Under the pieces are notes generated by a model that saw only the letters and a program-made list of their open reading frames with translations, was not told the DNA's origin and did no database searches. From IMG/VR virus record IMGVR_UViG_3300045988_160093: 64,000 nucleotides of DNA, one strand, 5' to 3'. The translations under genes were made by a program, and so were the position numbers. This document shows positions 31,660 to 43,000 of this stretch, piece by piece (the first letter of the stretch is position 1; each line of letters opens with the position of its first letter). Origin of the DNA: a virus.

Positions 31660-32373
31660 ATGATAGCAAGGTTATTGTCATTTGATGTGGGTATAAATCC
31701 ATATTGTGTAAGGAAGAAGGAGTGGGTCCAGTTAGCTACAGCCGCTATTGGTGCTATAGGTTCGTTGATTGGCGGTGCAGCATCAGCGAAGAAGGCGAAG
31801 AAGGCGGAGTTGGAGTTAGCAGCGAAGCAGAACAGGGAGGAAGCTTGGTTTCAGCGTCGTTACAATGAGAACTATGCCGATACTGCAGCAGGCAGGGCGA
31901 TGATCAACGAGGCGAAGGATTATGCTCGTGAGAATTGGAAGAAGGCGAGTGGTGCAGCAGCGGTGACGGGTGGTACGGATGCAGCTACTGCTCAGGCTAA
32001 GGAGGCTGGCAACAAGGTAGTCGGAGATGCTATTAGGAATATGGCAGCTCAGGACACTGCGAGGAAGGATTCTGCAGAGAATACCCATTTGCGTATGCAG
32101 GACAACTATTCGAATCAGAAGATAGCGTTGGCACAACAGAATGCGAGCAATGTAGCATCCACTGCTGCAGGTTTGAGTAATGCTGCTATGACTGCTGCTG
32201 CATCGTTTGGTGATGGTACGAAGAAGGCTCCCGATTTGAAGGGGGAGAGCAATGAAGGTTTGGTTACTCAGACTGGTGCTGATGGTAACACTACTGCGGT
32301 GCCGAAGGGTGGCAAGACGATATTTGAAGAGATAGACGAGAGTCCTTATAGAGAACAGGAAAAGTATTTGTGA
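31660..32373 (+). CDS. virion-associated protein candidate with Gly/Ala-zipper hydrophobic segment
   Basis: 237 aa. WVQLATAAIGAIGSLIGGAASA followed by an Ala/Lys/Gln-rich helix. The stop is adjacent to the next start. Confidence 0.5.
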   Translation: MIARLLSFDVGINPYCVRKKEWVQLATAAIGAIGSLIGGAASAKKAKKAELELAAKQNREEAWFQRRYNENYADTAAGRAMINEAKDYARENWKKASGAAAVTGGTDAATAQAKEAGNKVVGDAIRNMAAQDTARKDSAENTHLRMQDNYSNQKIALAQQNASNVASTAAGLSNAAMTAAASFGDGTKKAPDLKGESNEGLVTQTGADGNTTAVPKGGKTIFEEIDESPYREQEKYL

Positions 32374-32374
32374 T

Positions 32375-34003
32375 ATGGTGAAGAAAGAGAATACGCAGAC
32401 TCCGTTAGGTACGGTAAATCCGTATGATGGCAATACGACTCCGAAGGATAATGTGCAGAGTGGTACGACTCAGGCGCCTAATTTATGGGCTAATGGAGGC
32501 AGTGTTTTGGGCAATGCAGTGAATAATGTTTTCGGTGCTCCTCAGACTGCTGTGAATACTCAGGCTAATGTTCAGCAGACGGGGAATGTGGTTCAGAACG
32601 GAAACACAGTTTCAAATGTAGATGCAACCTCAAACGGAAACGTAGTTCAGAATGCAGGTGCAACCCCAAATGTGGGCGCAACGCCAAACGGGAATGCCGT
32701 TGCAGAAGGTAAGGATGGGAATAATGTTCCGACCGTCACCGATGCTAAGAATGGGAGCGAAGCTCAGAATGCAGTCACTACTACTGAAGGGAACGAAGTG
32801 CAGAGTGGAGATAAATCTACTGAAGGAAATCCGCAAGAGGATGTAAAGCAGCCCGAATTGAATGAAGACGAGCAGGCTTTGCTTGCAATGCAGAATGCGT
32901 CCATGGAGGATTATAGGAAGAGATACAAGCAGGCGAGTGACATCACGCAGGGGGTTTATGATTATCTCAATGGTGGTTCCGATGCAGAGGAAGAGCCTTA
33001 CAAGAAGAAGAACGAAAGCAAGAAGAAACTTTTAGCATTGGCTGACGCATTGAGACACATCGGCAATCTTTTCTACGTAAACAAGGGTGCTACTCCACAG
33101 CAGTTCAATTCGCCTGTCTTGATGCAGGAACAGCGATACCAGCAGGAGAAAGCCGAAAGAGAAAAGAAGAGGGCTTCACAAGCTAAAGCGGCAATGGACA
33201 AAGCCAAGATGGATGCTGATGCAGCGTATAAGGATGCGATGCTTGGTATGAAGCAAAATGATTTCATGCGCAATGTCTATAACGATAATAGAAGATATGG
33301 TCTTGACAAGGATAAGTTCGCCTGGCAGAAGGATAAGGACACGCAGAGTCTCGGTTTGAAGAAGCAGGGACTTGAAGAGACCGTAAGGCACAACAAGGCG
33401 AATGAGGCACAGGGCAGGGAAAGGAATGCCATTGCCCGTCAGAGATTGGCTATAGCGAGAGCTAAGGAGGCGAGAGAGGCGAGAGATGCAGGTCCGGGTT
33501 CACTCGGTAAGGGCAGCAGAACGTTTGTTACTCCACAAGGTGTCGTATATACATTGAGCAGAAATTACTTGCAGCCTGCAAACATTGTGACCATCTATAA
33601 CAAGATGAAAGAGCATGGTTGTTTGAAGAAGGGCAGCGAGAATACATATAAGTTTGATTCAGACCTTTTGGAGCAATTAGGATTGGGAGGATCCGGCGGC
33701 TCTACGGCAAAGATGCTCAGCGCGATATTGTGTTCGGCTACTGATAACCCGACGGCACATTATTGGCATTGGAAGTTGGGTTCACCGCTGGGCTACGAAT
33801 ACGAAGGTGGTATGAGTGACGAGCTGAAAGCTAAATTGGTCGGTACAGGCAAACCAAGGAAAGCAGCAAGCAAGCCAAAGCCAGCAAGCAGACCAGTGAG
33901 TAAGTCAGTGAGCAAGTCAGTGACTAAGCCAAAACCGAAAAAGTCTGCAAACCATCAGAATGGAGGAAGAAAGGGAAATAACCGTAGTAATTTGGTAATA
34001 TAA
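32375..34003 (+). CDS. low-complexity virion protein candidate
   Basis: 542 aa. The N-terminal region is Asn/Gly/Val-rich with repeats (NGNVVQN, GATPNVGATPNGNAV), the centre is Lys/Arg-rich, and the tail is KPKPASRPVSKSVSKSVTKPKPKK. The stop is 1 nt before the giant ORF start. Confidence 0.55.
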   Translation: MVKKENTQTPLGTVNPYDGNTTPKDNVQSGTTQAPNLWANGGSVLGNAVNNVFGAPQTAVNTQANVQQTGNVVQNGNTVSNVDATSNGNVVQNAGATPNVGATPNGNAVAEGKDGNNVPTVTDAKNGSEAQNAVTTTEGNEVQSGDKSTEGNPQEDVKQPELNEDEQALLAMQNASMEDYRKRYKQASDITQGVYDYLNGGSDAEEEPYKKKNESKKKLLALADALRHIGNLFYVNKGATPQQFNSPVLMQEQRYQQEKAEREKKRASQAKAAMDKAKMDADAAYKDAMLGMKQNDFMRNVYNDNRRYGLDKDKFAWQKDKDTQSLGLKKQGLEETVRHNKANEAQGRERNAIARQRLAIARAKEAREARDAGPGSLGKGSRTFVTPQGVVYTLSRNYLQPANIVTIYNKMKEHGCLKKGSENTYKFDSDLLEQLGLGGSGGSTAKMLSAILCSATDNPTAHYWHWKLGSPLGYEYEGGMSDELKAKLVGTGKPRKAASKPKPASRPVSKSVSKSVTKPKPKKSANHQNGGRKGNNRSNLVI

Positions 34004-34004
34004 T

Positions 34005-37000
34005 ATGGCAGACAAGATAACGCAGGTATATAATGCCTATAAGGCAGACGGAGCAACGCGAGCTCAGAGCGAGCAGCAGTTCCGTAATTGGATGTACGGC
34101 GACAATTATCGCCGTGGAGTATGGAATGATTTGAGAAAGCAGGGTGCTCAAGTAGGTACGTTTGAGCATTTCACCGAAGCTTTGGGCTATAAAATGAATC
34201 CCAAAGTGAAGAGCAAGGTTGCCAAGCAAGCCATTCAGTATGGTGCACCGAAAGTCCCTGACAACTGGGGGCAGATGGATATGGGCAGGACATTCGCCAA
34301 TGACGAGATGGAGCAGCAGCTTGAAACACAAAGGAACAATCAGGCTTCGTCCAATGCAAAGAAGACCGGAAGTAACGAGCCTATAGCTCAAAGAGTGAAA
34401 GAAAAGTTGAATAGGACACATCTGAAGGAGGCGAGCAAGTCTGGGACTATTATGAATCCGTTGACAGGTGAGCCTATAAACAATGTTCCTACTTACAGGG
34501 AAAAGAAAGAAGGCAAGTACTGGAATCCTATTACGGAAACAGATATGGGTGATGCTGTACTTGACTGGAGTACTACTGATGCCAATGGCGATAAGGTGGC
34601 GCAGACTCAAACCAAGCAGAACTTTGAGGCTGATGCAGCGGCAAAGGCAATAGCAAATGAGCTGACTAAAACTGCTGACTATAAGGGGAAATGGGCTAAA
34701 TTTGATAGCGAATTTGAAAAACATCACGGACTTGTGTATCATCCTGCCGAATACGAAGAGAATAAGAAGTATAGAGAGGAAGGATTTGACGATAATTCCA
34801 AAATGCTGTATGAGAAGTATGCTCCAAAGCTTGAAGATGTAAGCGCACTCCTCGGCAGTAAGAACGCAAAGGAAGCCATTGTAGCGGCGGCTTCAAAATT
34901 AGGTATAACACCTGATGATTTTCTGAATCGCTATGTCGTCCCGGCAACTGAAAAAGCCAATGAAGAAGAATACCATAAGCGAGGCATAGAACATTTTATG
35001 CCAAAGAACGCTTGGGAAAATATGAAAGCCAATTTCGCTGTGTCGTCTTTGGGTAACGCAGCAAATAAAAGCTTGGTTCCAGAGGAATATCAGAACATGC
35101 GCAATGAAGCAGTAGAAACGTATTCTGATGCGAACAGCAAGACGCTTGACGAGAAAGGTGTGTTCAGTAAGGAAGGAATACAGGCACTTGGACGAAATAT
35201 TTCCGGAGGTACGGCAAGGGTTATGCCGGATGCCGTAGGTTTTGTTATTGCCGGCGCTGAAGCGAAAGGTGTTGTCAAAGGTCTTGAAATAGGATGGAAA
35301 GCTCTGCGAGGAACAGGTTTGGTAACAAAAGTACTTGGCAAGGCAGTTCCAAAGACATTGACTTCTCTGACGAAGAAATATGGCGCACAGACAGCAGGAA
35401 GAATCCTCAATGCGGTGAACAATGAAAGCATAGGAAGCTTCATACAGGCTAATGCAAGGCAGTTTGCGCAAGGTTCCTTGACAATGGGTATTTTTGAAGC
35501 AAACAATTACCTTGCTACAGAAGGTCGGGAGAAAATAAAAGAAGGCAAATGGGGGGAGTTTGCCGAAGGACTCTACACTTCCGGAATGTCAGGCTTGGGT
35601 ACAGGTATGCTATTTTCAGGAATAGGTACGGTAACTGGCGCTCTTGGTCGTAACCTTGGTGTAACAGGCAGAGAGACAACAAGACTTGAAAAACTAAAGC
35701 ATGGAACTGAGAAAGCCTTGTTCTCTGCCTCGGCATTATTTGTAGAAGGACTTGGTTTCAGGGCAGAGGATCTATATGACGAAGCAAAGAAAGGCGAGCT
35801 TACTTTTGGTAGCGTTCTTGAAAACGGAGGAAAGGGAGTTATCGACAAGATAACAATGGATTTAGGAATGGCGGCAGGTAAAGGAAAACGCCCCAGTCTA
35901 AAACAAATGGTAGTCGGTGCGGTTGCCAACACTAATCCACACGTTAAATTCTCTGCCGTAGAGAAGAACGAGCTGATGAAAAGTACAGGAGGCAAGAGCT
36001 TGTTTGAAGCGTTGGATGGTATAGCGGAAGGCAAGAATGTTTCTCCTGTGTACAGAACGAAGATGAGCGAGTTTTTCAATGATCCGAACATCTCAAGACG
36101 TACAAAGCAAAAGGTGGCTTATGTTGTAGGTAAAACTATAGACACCAATATGCCGAGGACGGAAAGGGTTTCTATTTCACAAGGAACATCAGGGACACAG
36201 GAGGTCCGCACGTATTCCAAAGACGGAGAACTACTGACTGTCGATGTATATAAAAATGCAGAAGCCGCAGAAGTGGCAAAACAGGAAATCTACGCAAAGA
36301 GAGACAAGAATGATTTTATCGCATTGTGGGTAGACAGCCTGAAACCGACACAATCTGAGAATAATACAGCCTTGGAAAACACAGCAAAAGAGCTGGGCTA
36401 TGATGACGTAGGCGTTTTCCTGGCAGACTGGGATGAAGCTCAGAAAAGCAGCGATGCGGATTTTCTTTCAAAAGTCTCAAAGACGATAAACGAAAACATC
36501 GGAAAGATTGTTGCAGACAGACACAAGCAGATGCTTGATGCAAAAAGAGCAATCAATGAGGAATACGATGTAGATATAGACAAGGTCTTGGATAAAAACC
36601 CCGTTATGTGGAAAGACAAAGAACGGGAAGCAGTAAAAGAGTTGGGCAGTCGTTTGAAGAAAGGTTTTTCAGACAAGAACGATGAGGCTCATAATAATGC
36701 TATAGCCCGTCAGGACGGTGCTGATTTGTCAGAGCAGACTGAACTTGAGGATTCAGAAAAAGTCATTGAGTCATCGCAAGCAGTCAACGAGAGACTTGAT
36801 TCGGCAGTCGAGGCATGGCGAAAGATGCAGGAAGAGAACCCTGACCTTGCAGAGTGGATGAAGAACAATCCTGATTCGACGGTGGAAGAGCTAAGAGAAA
36901 ACTTCGGTGATTATGTAGCCGATGCGTATATGGAGTTAAGCAATGCCAAGGCTATGCGAGACGGTTTTATTCAGAATACCGGCGAAAAGATTGAGGATGC

Positions 37001-40000
37001 CGTAAAGAACCAAGTGGAGCAGGCGAAGTTTACCGGCACCATGCAGAATAAGGAAGGCTCAAAAGTTGTAACAGATAACAGTGTTACTGTTTTTGCAGAC
37101 AAAGACGGAAACGAATACACACTTGTTGGCGGAGACGTCATTGTTGATTCGGCAGGAGACGGTTCGTATAGTGCAGGAAAATCGGGACTTGTAATATTCC
37201 GTGACAAGGATGGTAATCTTATTCAGCGTACAAACTTCGATGGGCTGAATGAAGTAGGGACTTTCTCATTGGAAGACTATGCCAACCGCATCCGCACAAC
37301 CCTGCAGGAACAGAAGACAGCCGAGATTCAGAGTACCGAAACACCGTTGCCGGAGAGTCAAAATAAAGAAACGCCGAAAGAAGAATTACCATCCGAGGCG
37401 CCAAAGAGTGAAGAACCGAAAGAAGAAGATTTTATCCGAAACTCCAATTCGGAAGAAAAGTTATCGTCAGAAAAAGACGAATGGGGGAATCCTCTGATAA
37501 AGGCAAGTGACGGTAGTGTAGACTTCGGTGAAATAAGTGAAGGTTACGGGCTACAGGCAGCTCCTATCAGACTTAGCCTTGGTGAGAATAAGAAGAACCC
37601 CGAAACAGGCAAGGATGAAGGTTATGGCTTGTTGCATATTGAAGCAAGGCATGGTGATCAGATAAGGAAAGCCGGTTTTAATTCTATTGAAGAGTTTGTA
37701 GAATCAATAGCCAGAGACTATACGGAGATACGTGAGGGGGTCCAAATAGGAACTACACAGACTTATCTCATTGTCAAAAAAGACGGTCATGCAAATACTC
37801 TTTATATCGAGCTTTCGCGTGACGGTAAATATTGGAACGTGAACAGCGCAGGAATATTCAAGGAGAAATATGTAAACAGAAAAAACGAAATCAAGCCTGA
37901 ACCCACGGTGGGGAGTAGTACAAGCACCGATACTACTGGAGTTAATCACGGCCTTAACGAGGGTGCAACCGTCACCAGCGGGAATTCTCCCATGATTTCT
38001 GATAGCAAAGATACGACAAAATCCTCAGACTTGCAAGAGGGTAATGAAACTTTAACATTCAAGAATACAGAAGCAGCCAAGGAAGAGTCGAATTACGAGA
38101 AGAACGACATTCCTATGGACAATGAGGGTGAGCCGGTATACGAGCAGGTGCCCAAGGAGAGGACTGCACAGGATTTGTTTGACAAGTTGGGCGATGGCAA
38201 TGTAGCTCACAATTACGCTCAGATAAGAATAGAAGGAGCAGAGAAAGAGCTGAAAGAAGCCAAGAAGAAAGAGCCGAAGATAGGTACGAAGATAAACGAG
38301 TATCTAAAGAAGAAGCAGGAATATGAAGACAGAGTGAAAGCCGCAGAGGACAAGGTGGCTTATTGGGAAAGCGTGAAGGAGGAAATAGAGAAGCTTACCC
38401 ATACCACACCCGAAGAGCTGAAAGAAGCACAGGAAGAACTTGACGGAACGGCAGCACGGGAAGAGTACAAGAAAACGGTAGGCGAGACACAGCCTGCAGA
38501 CGGCGTGTCTTTGGCAGCTGAGTTTGTAGTAGACGCAAGGATTACACCTGAGAGTTTCAGAAAAGAGACAGGTCTGAGCGCTGCTGATCAGCGGACGTTT
38601 GTCGGTATGATTGCAGGTGCCGAGAAAGGCGGCAAGTCTATAGAGAGACTTGGTGAAGAACTGGTAGAGTATGACAACGCGTATTATGGCGGAGCGTATT
38701 TCCATGGAGATTCCAACGATGCAAGGAGTGCCATCATTTCCGCTTTGATGAGTGCCAAGTCGAGAAAAGGTCTGAGAGAGATGGCTCAGCCCGATATGGA
38801 GAGAGAAGTCCGTGAACGTGCACGGATGAGAGATGAGGCTTATCACGAGAGATACGGCATGGATTATGAGGAATATTTGTCATATTCTGAGCAGGAGATG
38901 CCACATATATTGGGAAAATTGAATAACTTTGACGAGCAAAAGTATTTGCAGGACAAAGCAGAAGAAATTACTAATCAAATAAATAAAGAACATGGAAAAA
39001 CCGATAGAGAAAATGACTCCTCAAGAGAAGAGTCAGTACATGGTGCAGGCGATAAAGTATTGCCTGAAGAAAGGATTGATGACCGAGGAAGAGGTGAAAG
39101 CCCCAAGGAACATGGAGGAAGAGAAAAGGCTGAGCGCCGAGGCAATACTGAGGATGCGCCTCTACATGAAACGCCATCCGGAGGAGAAGTAGAGAAGGGG
39201 GAACGTAAAGAAGAAAAACCGTCAGACCCATCCGACGCAGCCGAAGGAATGCGAGGAGCTGCCGAGCAATTCCATGAAGAAAGAGTGGAGAAGGCACGCA
39301 AGGCGTATGAGGAAGCCAAGGCGAGCGGTGATGTGTCAGAGACGAAACGCACGAAAGACGAATACAGGAAAGCCCTTGACGACAAGTTGAAGGCGCAGGG
39401 TATTGGTCTTATTGAGAGGAGGAAGACTATAGCCAAGGAGATGGGTGAAGAACCGAAGGTTGAAAAGCCTAAAGGTGAAGGTCCGAAAGTCGGTGAGAAG
39501 CAGTGGGAGGATATGACACCTACGGAGAGAGCCGAGAAAGCCGATGCCGATCCATTGACCGAAGACGAGATACGCAGCGATGAAGACAACAAGGAGCTTG
39601 CAGCAGCGGCAATAGCCTATCTCAATGGTGATAAGAGTTTGTTAAACCAAATAGCTTATTTAAAAATTTACGGAAATGTTAGGAGTAGACATGAGGATGT
39701 TCCCGGCAATAGCGGAACAGAAGACACATCACAGCTGGCTGCAACCGATAATGGAGGCGGCGAAGGAATGGAGCTGGAGTCAGGACGAGGCAGCGGAGGA
39801 ACTGCTGAGCCGATGGATAGAGGAGCAGGCGGAGAGACTGCACCCGGAAAGCAAGAGAGCGGAGAGACTGGTAAGGGAAACGCTGATACTCCTGCTGGAG
39901 AAGGAAGCCATATCGAAGGTGAAGGAGGAGCACCCGGACTGGGCGGACTACCTGCCGGAAGTGGTGGACGCACAGGAAGCGGCAATGCTGGGAGCACGGG

Positions 40001-43000
40001 AAGTGTGGGCAGAGGACGAGGACGAGGAAGCGGCAGCAGACCTTCTAAGTCAAATGGAAAGCGGAAGCCTGCAGCCAAGCAAGGAACTACTTTCCCGAAT
40101 AGCAAAGGGCGAGATGTAAAGCAGGAGACAAAAGATGCGAAAGCGGCGATGTTGGCGGCTTTTGCAGAGTTCAACAAGAGGAACAAGAAGGACAAGAATA
40201 TCCTTTCTTCATCCTTCCTGCTCGGTTTAGAAAAACATCTTCCAACAGCCGAAGCTCTCGAATATCTGCCAGACGTGATGAAAGCGACAGGCAGATACGG
40301 TGTTGCCCTTATCGGTGAAGGAATCTACAAGACAAAGGAATGGATAAAGAATGTACGTGAAGCAATCTTCGATGTAATGAAAGAAGGTGGTTTCTCAGAT
40401 GCAGACATCGACGAGTATATCAGAGAGATGTGGCACATGCCTTGGGAGATGGATGGGGAAACCCACAAGATAGGCGAATGGGCAAGCATCAAGGGGTATG
40501 CTGGTCTTAGAGAGAGCCTGAAAGAACCTTTGCGTAAGAAGTTTGACAAGCAGGTACTTGCGGAGCCGACGGAAGTAAAGGTGGGTGACAGAAAGAATAT
40601 TGAAGAGACTTTGCCTTTCCTTCTACCTCAGCAGCAGGACGATGTGCTGAAAGCCGAAACACAGTTCTTTGATGAGAGCCATAAGGACAAAGCCCACGCC
40701 AACGGCAAAGGATATATGTTTACCAACGGTACTGGAACGGGTAAGACGTACACAGGACTTGGCATCATCAAGAGAATGGTGAAGCAGGGCAAAGGAAGAA
40801 TCCTTATCATTACTCCAAGCCAGCAGAAAGTAAAAGACTGGATAAATGACGGAAAGAACCTTTGCCTTGACATCAGAGACCTTGATGATTGGGCAAACGA
40901 GCGAGGCAGCACTGCCACGAACGAGAAAGGCGATGGTGTTGTGATTACAACCTTTGCTAATTTCGGCACGAACAAGAGGCTGCTTGAAGACCAATTCGAT
41001 GCGATTGTCTATGACGAGAGCCATAGAATCATGGAGAATAAGAATGCCACCGAGACAGCACGAAGCAGACAACACTACATGCTCAGCAACAGGAACGAGA
41101 GTTACGCCTTGATGAGATTGGAGGAAATCAATCCTGACTGCATGAAGATGCGTGGTCTTGCAGAAGACTTTGAGGATGCGCGAAAGAAAGAGGTAGAGCG
41201 AATACAAGCCGAATACCGAAAGGAGCATCCGTCAGAGAATGAGAAGGAGATGAGATTCCATACATCCAAGTCGCTGCCAAAGGACATCCATTCTTTTAGT
41301 ATTTCAGACAAGGCGAAATTCCCCGAGCTTGGCAAGATATACGAAGACTATATCAAGGCGAGAGACTATTATATTAATAATGTGAAGCCAAAACTGGAGA
41401 AGCAGGCAAAGGAATCCGTAGACAAAACAAAGGTGGTGTTCCTTTCCGCTACTCCGTTCAATACAAGAGAGAACATAGAGTATGCCGAAGGTTATCTCTT
41501 CTCATACCCAGAGAGAAATGAAATGGGGCAGAGCGGCAAGACGCAGTTCTTCCTTGAACATTTCGGTGCAGGATACAAATACCGCTATCACAGACTGGAG
41601 AGCAGTACATCAAATGCCGAAGCACTCGCCAAGCAGGAGATAGCTTTCAGTGACTGGTTGCAGAATGACTTGGGTACGATGAGCGGTAGGGTGATCGACA
41701 GTCCGTTTGACTATTCAAGAGATTTCCCTACGGTATCAGTAGAACACGCTGACGAGTTCAATACAGCCTGCGAGGAGATTTCACGAGACAAGATATTCGG
41801 TGACGCATACAGGAAGGTGCTTGGTGACTACAATTATGGTAGCGCCCTGTTTGAGACAATGAAGGTGTCAGCCCTCCTACCGAGATTGAGAGAACACCTT
41901 GCAGCAGGTCGAAAGATAGTAATCTTCCATAGGCGAGTGACGAGCAAGGAACCATTGAAAGCCCCGTTCGGAATGATACTTGGCGAGCAGGCAGAGCAGA
42001 CCATCAAAGCACTGCCGAAGGAAAAGCAGCCGGAAGCAAGAACCCGTCTGAACGAATTGAGGGACAGGTATTCGGGATTGCTTGAGTGGGAGAAGACCTT
42101 GGATTTCAGTATGCCGAGAGAACAGCTTGCAAAAGCTTTCGGAGAAGACAACGTGTTGTATTTCAGCGGCAGCGAGAACAAGAAAGTGAAGAGTGAAGCC
42201 GTAAAGCAGTTCAACGACGACAACAGCGGCAAGAACATCATTGTGATACAGGAAGCGAGCGGTAAGGAAGGTATCTCCCTCCATGACACCACAGGCAAGC
42301 ATCAGAGAGTATGTATCACTTTGGCTTTGCCTCAGAGTCCTATCACAGCCCTGCAGATAGAAGGAAGAACATACCGAATAGGCAACGAGAGCAATGCCAT
42401 CTTTGAATATCCTGTACTTGGACTTACAAGCGAATACAACCTTTTTGCAAGCAAGTTCAACAGACAGGTGTCGACGACTGAGAACCTTGCCCTTGGTAGC
42501 CAGGCGAGAAACCTAAGAGACAGTTTCGCAAGAGGCATCGAGGAACATAGCGGTGTTGTCCCCATTGACCAGCAGGGCGTGGGTGGCAAGGAGTTCGATA
42601 AAGGTGATGCCAACGAGAACGACCCGTTTGACAATGCAGTCCTTGACTACTATACCAACCAAAGGTTGAACAAGAACAACCGAGAGGGAGTAGACTACTT
42701 CCCGACCCCCGAACCCCTTGGCTACAAGATGGTGGAATGGGCAAATATTGGAGAGGGAGATTCGGTATTGGAGCCGAGTGCCGGTCATGGTGCGATAGCG
42801 AGATATGTTCCACAATCAAACGAGCTTGTGGCTATAGAGCCAAGCATGAGCCTGTTTGCAAAGCTACAGATGAAAGCAGGAGGCTTGGGCAGGAAATTCC
42901 AGAACGAGACCTTTGAGGCATATCATATAAGCAACAAGCATGATACAATCGTGATGAATCCACCATTCGGACACGCAGGAGCCACAGCGATAGCGCATAT

